A program made the position numbers and the translations under genes. Positions 1-21,700 of a DNA stretch of 64,000 bases are shown one piece after another (the first letter of the stretch is position 1; each line of letters begins with the position of its first letter). The stretch lies in contig CM035359.1 in NCBI GenBank assembly GCA_020137815.1, positions 3,410,001 to 3,474,000 of the forward strand, written 5' to 3'. The stretch is from Hormiphora californensis. Lineage: Eukaryota; Animalia; Ctenophora. The notes beneath the pieces are model-generated. The model made no database searches. It was not told where the DNA came from and saw only the letters and a list, made by a program, of their open reading frames with translations.

Positions 1-1250
1 TATTGTCTTTTTACCTCCAATCATTATATTATGAGGGCATACTGATCTACGTCTATATCGGTATAGAAGAGAGACCTTTATATGCTTTTCCTTTCTCCTT
101 CTTACCCAATTACTTCTTCTTTCTCTATCTTCTCCCTCTCATCCTCTTTCTTTGCTCCTTCTTCTCTCTATTAAATCTCTGCTTCTCTCCTCTCTCTTCG
201 ATCTCCATAGTGCCTTCGTCGTTTACCATCTCTCTCTCCCCTCATCATCTCCTCCTTACTGCCTCTCATCTGAGACGAGAGGATGCTGCATCCCGTCTCC
301 TGATAAACATTGGGCCCCTATTTTTGCTATCGTTTCCTCTCGCTGAATATTACCGTAGCTTATCTTCTTCTCTGTTAACTCCAGCTAACTGGCGAAGTGC
401 TAGGTTCCAGAAAAATAGATGACAACTTCCAGTCAAGGATTTGGAGCCAGGTTTGCCAAGTGCTCGCTATTTGTGCATCTGACACCAATTACAATGGCAA
501 CAACATCGATAACTAAGAAAACTGGGTTATTATTTATTGTCTCCCGGTAAATCAGGGTCCAACTGTAGCATCCGGAGAACACCTGTCGCCCAATATCATG
601 ATAATATCTTTCGCTTTCCTTCAAAACCGGGCCGTTTGAAAATTACAGTCGAAGTACATCTTTGATGGGCTATATCTTACTATCATAGGTAGGCTATATA
701 TACTTATAGCTGTGTATGTACCCAGATTGTAGTCTATCTAGCTAGGGCCTAGGCCTGAGGCCTTGAGAGTTTGAATTGAACGCTTTTCTCAAATCTTTAG
801 TAGCTTTTCCACAAAAAAATTTAAAAAACCCTATTTTTAGAGCGCACTGAATATTAAAAATTTAGCAGCGTTGTTACCATATTTTTTAGCCGCAGCGCGT
901 AAAACACTCATGATTGCAGTGAAAACACCAAAACGCGCAGCACGCGCCGCTCTGGGTGTAATGACTGAGTAAAGACTGTGTAAACGCTGTGTAACTTCTG
1001 AACTTTTTTAGGGATCCCTATTAGCCAAAACGGTTGAGTGGTTTGGCGGTTAGAGCCGATTTAGTGAATCAACTTTTTTGGCAGCGCGCACCTGTAAACA
1101 GGCCACCAATCACCCAGATCGTAACGACGCCCGACTGGCGGCTGCAGGATTGGCAAACGTTGCTGGCCCCCAGCGCGGGATAAGGCAGCGCTTTTCAAGC
1201 TGCAGGGTTTCCAGACTCGAATTTTGAATTTTTCAAAACCTTTTTTGAAA

Positions 1251-1412
1251 ATGAGGCCCCTCGGAAATGTTCAAGTCATGCACAATCAAGTCACGCCCAC
1301 CACACTGCACCAATCACAGCTCAGAACGCGCGGAGTGCTTCGCGCGTTCTGAGCTGTGATTGGTGGGCGTGACTTGATTGTGCATGACTTGAACATTTCC
1401 GAGGGGCCTCAT
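1251..1412. mobile_element. Hairpin MITE-like element, copy 1 (GAGG...CCTC ends, AT flanks)
   Basis: Near-perfect palindrome atgaggcccctcggaaat...atttccgaggggcctcat with loop gagtgctt; the left arm carries a 10-nt insertion. Confidence 0.75.
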
Positions 1413-1478
1413 GGAAAAAATGAGCGTTGGCAGACGTTGCTGGCCCCCGCAGCGCGGGATAAGGCAGCGCTTTCAAAA

Positions 1479-1630
1479 ATGAGGCCCCTCGGAAATGTTC
1501 AAGTCATGCACAATCAAGTCACGCCCACCAATCACAGCTCAGAACGCGCGAAGCACTCCGCGCGTTCTGAGCTGTGATTGGTGGGCGTGACTTGATTGTG
1601 CATGACTTGAACATTTCCGAGGGGCCTCAT
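1479..1630. mobile_element. Hairpin MITE-like element, copy 2
   Basis: Perfect 72-bp arms and an 8-nt loop aagcactc, the reverse complement of the copy-1 loop. An empty-site-like aaaaatgagcgttg at ~1416 implies a 2-bp AT duplication. Confidence 0.75.
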
Positions 1631-1809
1631 GAGCGTTGCAGTTTTGAATTTTTTTTGGAGTGGAAAATAAATTTGTTTGCGCTGCAAACCCAACGCGCGC
1701 GAACTTTTAGCGCCGCGCAGCGCGATTGTCTCGATCTCGTTGAAATTTGCAAGCAAGTTGCCAAAAAGTTTGTCGTTTTTTGCAGAAAAAAACTGAAACT
1801 GGAAAAAGT

Positions 1810-3970
1810 GTAATAAAAGAAGCCACATGCATCTGGCCTAACAATGTCAATAATAGTATATATAAATTGTTTTTGCCTGACTGGCTACACGAAGAAAATC
1901 ACATAAAATACATGCAACAGTTAAAGACTAGTATGTATGGTACAGATCTGATGAAGAGCCATCGTTCTTGTTCCTTCCTCTGTAACCCCGAATAGAACAA
2001 GTTATGGAGCGGACCATTGAAAATGATAGACGAACACGGAGGTATCGAATACACTCCTGGTAGGTATAGCCAGTTTTCCGCGATTTCTTGGTTGCGAGTT
2101 GCTTCAAAGTTCTGCTGAACTCTTGACCAAGTCCACCGGTCGTTGACATAACGAGGGGAGTAAAAGAAGCTTTTTCCACCTCGAGAATGCGATGTAGATA
2201 GTTCTTCTTCTTCCCTTCCTCGTGCTTGATATACGTTTGAGGGATATCCTGAGTCTCATTAGACTGTGCCCTTGGGTTAAAAACCCTTACGTCAAAATAG
2301 GTGCAGTCCATTGGTCCCCAGAATCCCCTCGTTCGAATGTCAAGGCGAGCTCCATCCTCTGTAATGGTCCCAGGTGGTAGTTTTGCTCCTCTAACTTCCA
2401 GTAGGTGGGGTTCAGCCTTAGTGTCGTAGCACACTTTGTCCAGCTCCGAGGTTAGAAAGTCTCGAACGCAATCGTGTCTGACCGCAACAAATCCCCCGCG
2501 TTTGCATGACATGGAGTGATCGATGCTGTTTTCCTCCCCACAAACGCACTGTGTTGCTCTCGGCTGTCCCACTAGTGGGAGATCGTATCGTGCTGAGATT
2601 GAATCAAAGAACTCCTGGCGATTGAGTGTGAGCTTCAATGACTCTAGGGGTAGACAAGTGAGCCATGTTGATGCCCCTTTCTCGCTGAGTAGATCAAGGT
2701 TCCTCGCCTCTCTTGGCTTGATTGACTGAACGATTTTTTCCCTGCATTCCTTGTGATAATTAGCTTTGCCAGTTTTGATGCTGAGGGCTATGGCTTTCTC
2801 AATCTCAGGATTCGGTATGTATTCTATGTCTTGTTTCTGGATGGCCTTCTGAAGTTCTTCTGTCGCTTTCAGCGAGTTCTGGTACTCCAGGTCAGCCATG
2901 TGACAGGGGTTTTCGACACCCAGCCCTCCCATTCTCGTAGGAAGTGCCATTATGGATCGTAGCGTATCAGGAATGAATGGTTGTCCTGTGATAGCTGGGA
3001 GGAATTTCTCTCTAATTGCCTTCTCGATGGGCTCTAGTTCTGTAGCGATCCCTGGTGTTGTCCGCAGCAAGTAGTTCCACTTCTTACTCAACCCGATTGT
3101 GTAGGCTGAATAGGCTAGTTGGGGTTCGTTGCAGGCAATGTCGCTCAGTTGTTCTATCTCCTCGACCCATGTCTTCACTTCATTATTCACCCACTCCTTC
3201 ATTCCATCATCGCTCCCAATGAAGGAACCCAGGTAACGGTGACCAACAGTTGTTATGTTGACATCTGGAAACAGTTCCTTGGCTCTTTCCTCCTTGTCTT
3301 CTTTCACAATCAGCCAACTTTTCGAAGGCTCAGGGTAGTATCCAAAGCCTGGACCCTTCTCTTTCACCTTGCTCCACCACTTCTCGATAATGGCTAGAGT
3401 GCCTCCGCCACCTGCATCATCTGCATAGAGGATCTGAAAGAGTTCATCATCTAAAGAATTTTCAATGTTACGGAGAGAATTAGCTAATGGCATAAGGCCA
3501 CATGCATACATGGGCATGGCAGTGGTATCACCCTGTGTTGTTCCTTCTTTTGATAGTAGGGTGTCATGTGAATTTCCATCAGATATGAATAGTTTGGCTG
3601 GCAAGCCGTAAGTGTTAGATAAATACATGCTAAAATCACGACATAAATAATCAATATTGCTTAGAGCAATCTTTCGGTTTAAAGAATTAAAGGCATTGGA
3701 CGCGTCAATTAACAGTATACATTCACATTTATCATCATTAAATTTTTCTCTTAAAGCATGCACTGCAGCTTCAACACCACTCTTCAGTCCCCCACACAGT
3801 TGTATTGGGGCTGTTGCCTCTATAATGTCAGGTTTTAGGACCGTTACAACAACTTTCCCCACAAGCCTTCGAATCACTTCACCCACACCGATCGGCCTGA
3901 TACCTGCTGGCTTTTTCGATAAGGGAATCAGTCTGCTAGCAACGAATGCTTCAAGGTAAATGGGATCAGT
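1810..3970 (-). mobile_element. 5'-truncated CRE-clade (RT + restriction-like endonuclease) non-LTR retrotransposon
   Basis: The frame opens at ~3965 with LEAFVASRLIPLSKKPAGIRPIGVGEVIRR, has RT motifs LLIDASNAFN, QGD and YADD, a CxC...H..C zinc motif, and RHD and RLDI...FDVRV (PD-D-like RLE) motifs. Ends are approximate and no clear TSD was found. Confidence 0.85.
1928..3886 (-). CDS. Reverse transcriptase / RLE endonuclease ORF of the CRE-like element (N-terminally truncated)
   Basis: 652-aa uninterrupted ORF with YADD and a C-terminal zinc knuckle plus RLE motifs. Confidence 0.85.
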   Translation of the reverse strand: MGEVIRRLVGKVVVTVLKPDIIEATAPIQLCGGLKSGVEAAVHALREKFNDDKCECILLIDASNAFNSLNRKIALSNIDYLCRDFSMYLSNTYGLPAKLFISDGNSHDTLLSKEGTTQGDTTAMPMYACGLMPLANSLRNIENSLDDELFQILYADDAGGGGTLAIIEKWWSKVKEKGPGFGYYPEPSKSWLIVKEDKEERAKELFPDVNITTVGHRYLGSFIGSDDGMKEWVNNEVKTWVEEIEQLSDIACNEPQLAYSAYTIGLSKKWNYLLRTTPGIATELEPIEKAIREKFLPAITGQPFIPDTLRSIMALPTRMGGLGVENPCHMADLEYQNSLKATEELQKAIQKQDIEYIPNPEIEKAIALSIKTGKANYHKECREKIVQSIKPREARNLDLLSEKGASTWLTCLPLESLKLTLNRQEFFDSISARYDLPLVGQPRATQCVCGEENSIDHSMSCKRGGFVAVRHDCVRDFLTSELDKVCYDTKAEPHLLEVRGAKLPPGTITEDGARLDIRTRGFWGPMDCTYFDVRVFNPRAQSNETQDIPQTYIKHEEGKKKNYLHRILEVEKASFTPLVMSTTGGLGQEFSRTLKQLATKKSRKTGYTYQECIRYLRVRLSFSMVRSITCSIRGYRGRNKNDGSSSDLYHTY

Positions 3971-4347
3971 TTTTTCAGTTTGTCGTTTTTTTGGGAAACG
4001 TTAAAATTTTGGTGTTTCGAGTGTCAGCACTCACGTTTTTTAGGGTAGGACATAAAAGTAGGGTTAGGGCTGGGCTGGGGTTCAGGCTTGCGATTTCCTA
4101 TCAGACAACCTTTAAATTAGCCAAAACGGTGGAGTGGTTAGACCCATACCAGTGCAGGTTACTTTGCTTTTTTGGCGGCGTACGCCTGTAAACAGGCCTT
4201 AAACACCTAATAGCCCCTTGCCAGAATATGCATGAAGTTTTATTTTTGAATCCACTTTAAAAAATAAGCATGTTTTCAAATAACCTAACTTGTTTAGCAT
4301 GTACTGGCGCTAGTTTCTCGCTCTCCCATGCCGGTGGTCCTGTGTTC

Positions 4348-14363
<10,016 letters not shown>

Positions 14364-15743
14364 GAAATAATTAGCACATGTGATAGTAGATCGAAGATGT
14401 TATAGTAGATCGAAGTTTCTTATTAACAGATTGATATATATATTAGCTGAAGTGTTGAGTATATTGTACACAGAATATTGTGTGGGCGATATGTATTGGG
14501 TTTGTGGTCTGGTACCATGGTGAATATTGAATCCCTACAAGATCGGTGTGAAAGTAGTTGTGTGTTTGTATGTTTAATTATATATTGTGTATCATGCCCC
14601 ATCTTATATACTGTGTAGGGGCCAGGAAAGTAGTGTCATAAAACGGCCGTTCAGGGAGTGCATTGAGGGATGAGAAATATCATTCTATCATCTTTTGGTG
14701 TGTTTTTGTAAAGTTATTGTGAGTAAAAACAGCAATGCTAGTAGAGTGTGTGTAAATTTATCCATTCCTGCGTGCAACAATCTCTTTTATTTTGCTATAA
14801 CAGTGGTGCTCCGTCATATTGGCCGGCAGCACAGCGCTGCCCAAAGCATTGTCCCAAGATACGCAAAAAAGCATTTCATGTTAGCGGGAGACGTCATGGA
14901 CATCGCTTTGGGCGGCCATTATGACGGAGCACCACTGTTAGGAATTCTTAGATATCTCCTTCGATTAATATCAATTGAATGCTGCTGCAGTAGTGCACTA
15001 ACTTAGGACTTAATAAATCCATTTAGTTTTTAAAAAGAATATGTATCCTTCAGGTGTATATTTGTGATCGTTGCAAAAGTTACAGGCCAACTTATGAAAA
15101 GTACCCGGGTATATTTTCCAAATGTACCCGGCGCCACACGTGTACTTTTGGTTAAAAGATACCCGGGTACTTCTTGCAAGTTGGTCCCTTATTTTCCCTC
15201 TCCGTTCTGTCATTGGTCTCTGTATAATATCCCGAGATAATGTTTCTTGTTTTTTTTTTCAACAGAGACAGTATTTGTTACACAGTTATTTGTTATACGC
15301 TTAGACAATTTATTTCAAAACTTGACCAAGTAATCGACGAGTTGTTTGTTTTACTAATATCAGATAATATAAGTGACGTTGAAGTTTGGGGTCCCCATGG
15401 TGTTTCATGTTTGCTAGTCAGGTCCGTTCTGATTGCTCGCAAATCCAGTATCCACTGTCTGTCATCACCAGACCACGTTTTCATCTCTAATCTGAGTGCA
15501 CGACAGCCCTAAACTTTGAAGCGATCGCCCCACTTGATGTCGCTGTGACGACATTTGCAACTTAACGGAAGACGCTGCTATGCAGCTCGTTCGTCGCATC
15601 TCCCTGCCGCGCAGCGCGCGTTAGATTTATGCGACGCGATTTTAATTTCAATTAAAATATTTCAATTTCGTTAGTTCAAAAAAAATCAAAAATTTTCGTT
15701 TTTCGCCAAAAAGTTTTAAAAACGGGATCTCAGTCTAAAACTA

Positions 15744-18700
15744 ATGTTTTGTCCTACCCCGAGGCTACCACAGGTAACCCCTGATTTTTTCCCTGCCCGG
15801 GTGAATGCCGAAGGCATTCACCCGGATGCCTTTTTACTTTGTAAAAAGGCATAGCAGGGTTTTTTTCAAACTTTCATCAACTACAACGTAAAACTATTTA
15901 TTGAGGCGGCATCCCCCCTCAATTGTTTCAGTCGTATGACCCTACTCTGAGGAAGCTGATAACAACAATGTCTGCAGCAGTAGTGCAAACTGAAAAGTCG
16001 GCTGACAAGAAGTCGAAAAAGGAGCCTGTGAAGACCGTGATACCTGAATTCCTGTTGGCGGAAGCACCTCCCCGCGCCAAAGCGGTCCTTGAGTTCTACA
16101 ACAAATTGGAATGCAAGGTGGACGCCCTGTTGAGCGAAAGTATCATCAAGATCAAGTCTAAGTTTGGTGCACCGTACATTGAAGAACTTGCGACCTACCT
16201 ATATCTCTGGACATTCGGCAAACAGAAAATGAGAAGGGCTACAGAAACATCCCCCTCTTAATCCACCGCTGTCTTCTGAAAGCCAGATCATATACCCCGA
16301 GTAAGTGTGGGGTCTGCTCGGAATATTACTGTGTCGAAAAGGACACTGTACCCGTTTTCACCTGTTGGATGTGTTTTCAGGGAAGCCACGACTGTGAAGG
16401 AGTGGCCAAAATCTTCTCCACCCTGTACACCATCACTCAGCCACTGACGGGATTTAACTGGACCTGCCACTCCTGTACCGAGAAGGGTAGTCTCGATCTA
16501 ATGTCGAGGATACCTGTTATCCCGGGGAAAGATGATCCCGTGGTAGTGCCAGTTGAAATTATCACCCCAGACGTTACTGAAGAAGCTGTAGCTGGCGAGG
16601 GCTTAAGCAGGGAATCATCTAAGGTCCCTTGTGCATTCCTGGCAGAAGGCTACTGCAGACACGGGATATCCGGTAAAAAGGAAGTGAATGGGGAAACCTG
16701 CCGTTTTCTCCACCGTAAAGTTTGCAGGAGATTTAGACTGTACGGATCTCATTCCCGCCATGGCTGTAAGTCGGGTTCAAAGTGCTCTAAACTCCACCCA
16801 AAACTATGTGAGGGCTCACAGCGGAGAATGAAGGAACGACAGTGCTTAAACCCTGATTGCCCGCATCTCCACCTAAAGGGTACACGAAGGAAAGAGGAAA
16901 ACCCTGAGAGGAAAGAACGTCAGGAAGTTGTTAGGACAACACGGCAACCTAACACTCACACCACTGACCAGAGAGAGAGAGTGCAGGATGAACAACTCCC
17001 TCTTAGCGGCTCACCATTGCGACCAGTTTCGCAGCAATACCCTGGACATCTACAATCGGGTTTTCTGAGCATTGTCTTGAAGGAGGTCAGGAATGCAAGA
17101 GAAGAGTCACTGAGGCAAGCGGACAGAATGGAAGAAATTCTCTCCCAGCTTGGCCCCACCCACAGCGAATCAATGCTGCACAACCAGCTGGCCCACCACT
17201 TACAAGCACACCCGCCGGTGCAGTACACCCTACCTACAGGTACCCTCACTCAAGGAGTACATCGTCAACTCCCGACCCAAATACTGCCCTCTCAAAGATT
17301 ATCATACTAAATGGGAGAAGTATTTCACCGGCTGCAGGGGGGAACACTCGGTGGAAACTCCCTTTCATCGAGGCTGTTTTGTTAAACAACCCAAACTCCC
17401 CGCCGACAGTTGCCCTTGCAATAACGGAGTCATGGTTGAAAAACTACATTGCAGATGCCCAAATCAAAATGCAAGGATACAGCACCTTCCGTTCTGACCG
17501 TCCTGACCGGAAAGGAGGAGGTTGTGTTTTGTACATCCGTGAGGACATCCCAATCAGCTACGCATACTCATTCAGTGACCGGGAATGCAGTCTGGTATTG
17601 GCTTTTAGTAAAGCTAAAAACATGTTGTTTTCATGTGTCTACCGTCCCCCCGACTCATCTGACCAGTCCTTCATCACAGTTATGAATGATCTCCAAGATA
17701 AAATTAATCTCCTGTCCAATGAAAGGAGCCCTGAAATGTTTATCATGGGCGATCTAAACTTGCCGTTGTTCAACTGGAAAGAAGAATCCCTGCCGTCAGC
17801 TGGCAGCTGCTGCTAACATAGCGGCTTATCAACGCACTGTGAACTTCATTGAGGAAAATTTCCTAACTCAGGTCGTAGACAAACCAACTAGAGGAAGTAA
17901 TACTCTGGATGTTATAATGACCAACTCACCCCAATACGTATCAACTGTGACAACCGAAGAGACAAAGATTTCTGACCACAGGATAGTTAACTGTACCCTG
18001 GTGATAAACCCCCTTATGAAGACAGCAGATACCATCAAAAAGTGGGACCACATGAGTTTCCGAGGGTTGGACATTCAGAAAGCCAACTTTGAAGACATGA
18101 ATGTAGACATTGCTTCTGTTGATTGGGACGAACTGCAGGCATTATGTGAGGAATCTGGAGACCCTGTTGGTGACAAATTCAAAGAACTTTTCATTCTAAC
18201 TGTTTTGCAAATCACCATCAAACACACACCTCAGAAGGTTCAGCGGAGGAAATTCAGCCCCCTGGAACCACTGAAAAGGAGAAGGCGGAAACTAAAAACA
18301 AGACTGGAAGCAATCTCTTCTGTCAATGTTAACATCTCCAAAATCGAAGCACTCGAAGACGAGCTCACAATACTTGAGGAGAAGATAAAACACTCTGTGG
18401 ATGAATCAATCGAGAAGAAGGAACACAGCGCTGTTGATACGATCAAGGTCAACCCACGATATTTCTTTTCCTACGCAAAACGACTATCAAAAGTTAAATC
18501 GAACATTGCCCCTCTCAAACGTGATGATGGAACACTCACCACAGACAACACTGAAAAAGCGGAACTCCTGCAAAAACAGTACTGCCGTGCTTTCAGTGAT
18601 CCAGACGGTGGAGACTTGCTGAAAAGTCTTTCTTGGGTTGAGGATAGCAGTGCGATTTTGGAGGATTTCACATTTACGTCTGATGACATTAAAGGAGCCC

Positions 18701-21700
18701 TCTCAGAACTTGACCCTGCTTCTGCCGGACCAGATGGTGACATCCCTGCTAAAATTCTCAGTGCTTGTAAAGCCACTCTTGCTGTACCACTCTTTCTTCT
18801 TTGGGAGCGGTCCTTCGAAGAAGGAATAACACCCCCAAACCTGAAAAAGCAGTACATCACACCAATCTTCAAGCGTGGTGACAAAACTCTTGCTGTTAAC
18901 TACCGCCCTGTTTCACTGACTTCTAACTTGCTAAAAACATTTGAACGAGTTGTACGAAACAAGTTGGTGGATCACCTTGAAAGTAACAATCTTCTACCAG
19001 ATAGTCAACACGGGTTTAGGAAGCAACGAAGCTGTCTCACACAGTTACTTGATCACATGGACGGAATCTTTCGAGAGCTAAACAGCGGGAACGAAGTCGA
19101 TGTAATCTATTTGGACTATTCCAAAGCCTTTGACCGTGTCAACCATGCTATTCTTCTTGCCAAGCTGGAAAAGCTAGGCATCAAAGGGAAAGTACTAAAT
19201 TGGATAAAAGACTTCCTTTCTGGTCGGTACCAAACAGTTACTGTTGACGGTGAAAAATCGAACTTCGAGCTGGTCAAAAGTGGAGTCCCTCAAGGGACCG
19301 TACTCGGACCAATCCTCTTTATCATCTACGTAGCTGATCTCCAAAGCCAAGTAATCCACAGCAAAATCAGAACCTTTGCGGATGATACCAAGCTCCAAAA
19401 GAGTGTCGACTCGGAAGAATCAGGAGCAGAAATGCAAGAGGATCTCCAGCGTGTGGTGGAGTGGTCTGCAGCCAACTGTATGACACTTCATGAGGACAAG
19501 TTTGAGGTTATTCAGTATACTCTGAACAGAACATCCCTTCTCAGAGAACTGCCTTTCACCCATGACCTTAGCTCATATGTGACTCCAGGTGGAAATGAAA
19601 TACAGCCAACGGATACAGTGAAAGACCTTGGCATCACTCTATCAAACAATGGCTCTTGGACAGACCATGTCATGAGGATCTCATCAGAAGCACGAAGGAT
19701 GGCCGCCTGGGCACTGAGAGCTTTTAAAGATAGGTCAGTAACCACTATGCTGACACTCTACAAGTCACTAATAAGGTGTAAAGTAGAATACTGCTCACCT
19801 TTATGGTCGCCCTACAAGATTGGTGACATCCAGGCGCTGGAGAGTATCCAGAGACAGTTTACCCGAAGGATCGAAGACATGGCACAACTTGACTATTGGG
19901 AACGGCTGAAAAAGCTTAGACTGATGTCATTACAACGACGGAGGGAGCGATACTCGATAATACAAATGTGGAAAATCCATAACGGTGCAGCCCCTAACAG
20001 CACGAATACCCGGTTTTACCATCATCAACGGCTCGGCATCCGAGCCGAAGTACCTACTCTTTACAGTGGAGCACAGAAGTCATTCTCAACAAAATACTTC
20101 CACTCTTTTACTGTAAGGGCCGCTCGGCTATGGAACACATTGCCGAAAGAGGTTAATACAGCAGCGACCTTAGATACGTTCAAGATCCTGCTGGGCCGTT
20201 GGCTGGACCACTTCCCTGACAATCCACCTGTGAAGGGTTATTCTACCCGGAACAACAATTCTATCATGGACTGGGTTTTGGAGGTTCGAGCTAAAGGGGG
20301 ATGCTGAAAAGACTGACACCGGTTACGATTCTGTAATAAAGTTTATTTATCAAGTTTATCAAGTTTATCAAGTTAGAATTCGAAATAACAATAAAGCAAA
20401 AGTTGAGATTCTCCATCCTTAGGTCAACTTTGAGGAGCTTGAGAGGTTGTAGGGTACCCATAAGAACACCAACACTGGACAATTTTGACTTCAACCTTTG
20501 AAATGTCATTAGTGATGAGAGACTATTTTTATATTATTTATCAATTTTTTAGTGTGTAGGCGTTTGATTAAGTTATTTTTCTGCACAGCCCACACAGGGA
20601 CCATATGATGACTTGATTCACACCTCACCGTGTCTAGTGGCTGCTCTGCACCGTTTCACCCCTGAGGTCCCTAGTGGGTTGTGTAGTATATGTTAGAATT
20701 CGAAAACGACATTTTGGTATACTAACTAATCGGTAGAGGGACATTTTTTGGTCACACTTTTGTCGCGAGGGGCAACGGTGTAGCAACTAGAGCCGCGCGC
20801 ACAGTGACGAGCTACTCCTTCATCAAACACCTCATTGACACAGTTTGATGGACGTGTGTGCGCACGCCACTCAATAAAACATGAAATGCTCTGCCACGCG
20901 TTTCGCGTGTTACATACATATTTTCATCTTGCGAGTCGAGTGTGAGATGTTAGATAAGTAGTTAAGTTGGAATGTCAAAAGCTGGTTAGCAAGTGTCATG
21001 TGATTGGGAGTTAACTACTCTAAGCTATGTGAGAAGTATACTGACAGCTAGATCGTATGCATCTCACATTACATTATGACCAAGCCCTGATCCTGTTGGC
21101 AGTGACAATGTGAAACGGTAGGGCAGGGAAACTCAGCATTATGAACACATAATGCAATAATTCTTGTTCTACTGAATACAAGGTTTACCACGATCCATAA
21201 ATTGGATTTGGAGTGAGCGAAGCTGATCAGAGTCCAGTGGCGTAGAAGTCAAAATTTACCAATCCGGTTTGAACCGGCAGAGATGATCTGTGGCCAAGAT
21301 CACAACCAAATTTTGAAAAGGGGAGCTCACAGAGAAAGGAATACACTTCAAGAACTATCTTAATTTCAAAGCATTCATAAAGAATGTTGATCTTCTCGGA
21401 TTCCTAAACCCGGAACCCGCGAACAATGCGAAATCAAAAAGATTTATGGAGACTGGAGTATGGTGAATTTCATGATTCCCAGGGGCAAATCCTCCATTGA
21501 TGAAGCCACCAGTTTAATCAGCCTTGAAAACTTTACCTGGCTGTAACTGCATTGTCCAGAAAGCTAACATCTGAAAAATTGGGCCAATCTCACTTTGAAG
21601 AATATTGATTCTTCTCACAAACAAGAATTATTTGCATTATGTATCCATAATGCTACGTTTCCCTGCCCTCTTCGATTTGCCATTCAACTCGCCATTAAGC

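Larger units (their letters stand above)
15862..20374 (+). mobile_element. Full-length CR1/L2-group LINE (ORF1 PHD/CCCH; ORF2 APE + RT) with frameshifts
   Basis: ORF1 pieces 15969-16261 and ~16200-17310. ORF2 APE 17379-17816 (ITESWL, RKGGG, YRPP, MGDLN) and RT 17839-20307 (NYRPVSLT, QHGFR, GVPQGTVLGP, FADD, SLQRRRER). The 3' end has AATAAA plus a (tttatcaag)3 tail. Both junctions are fixed by the interrupted TIR. Confidence 0.92.

Noticed and set aside
3-660. ORFs 3-422 (+) and 433-624 (-)
   Set aside because: Low-complexity pyrimidine-rich sequence. Candidate minus-strand exons contain stops in all frames and no homology was recognised.
15862-15990. SL RNA gene
   Set aside because: No GT donor, Sm-binding site or SL intron follows the leader; it runs straight into the LINE UTR.
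20790-21650. Transposase gene inside the DNA transposon
   Set aside because: Only short stop-interrupted frames, with no recognisable catalytic motif.
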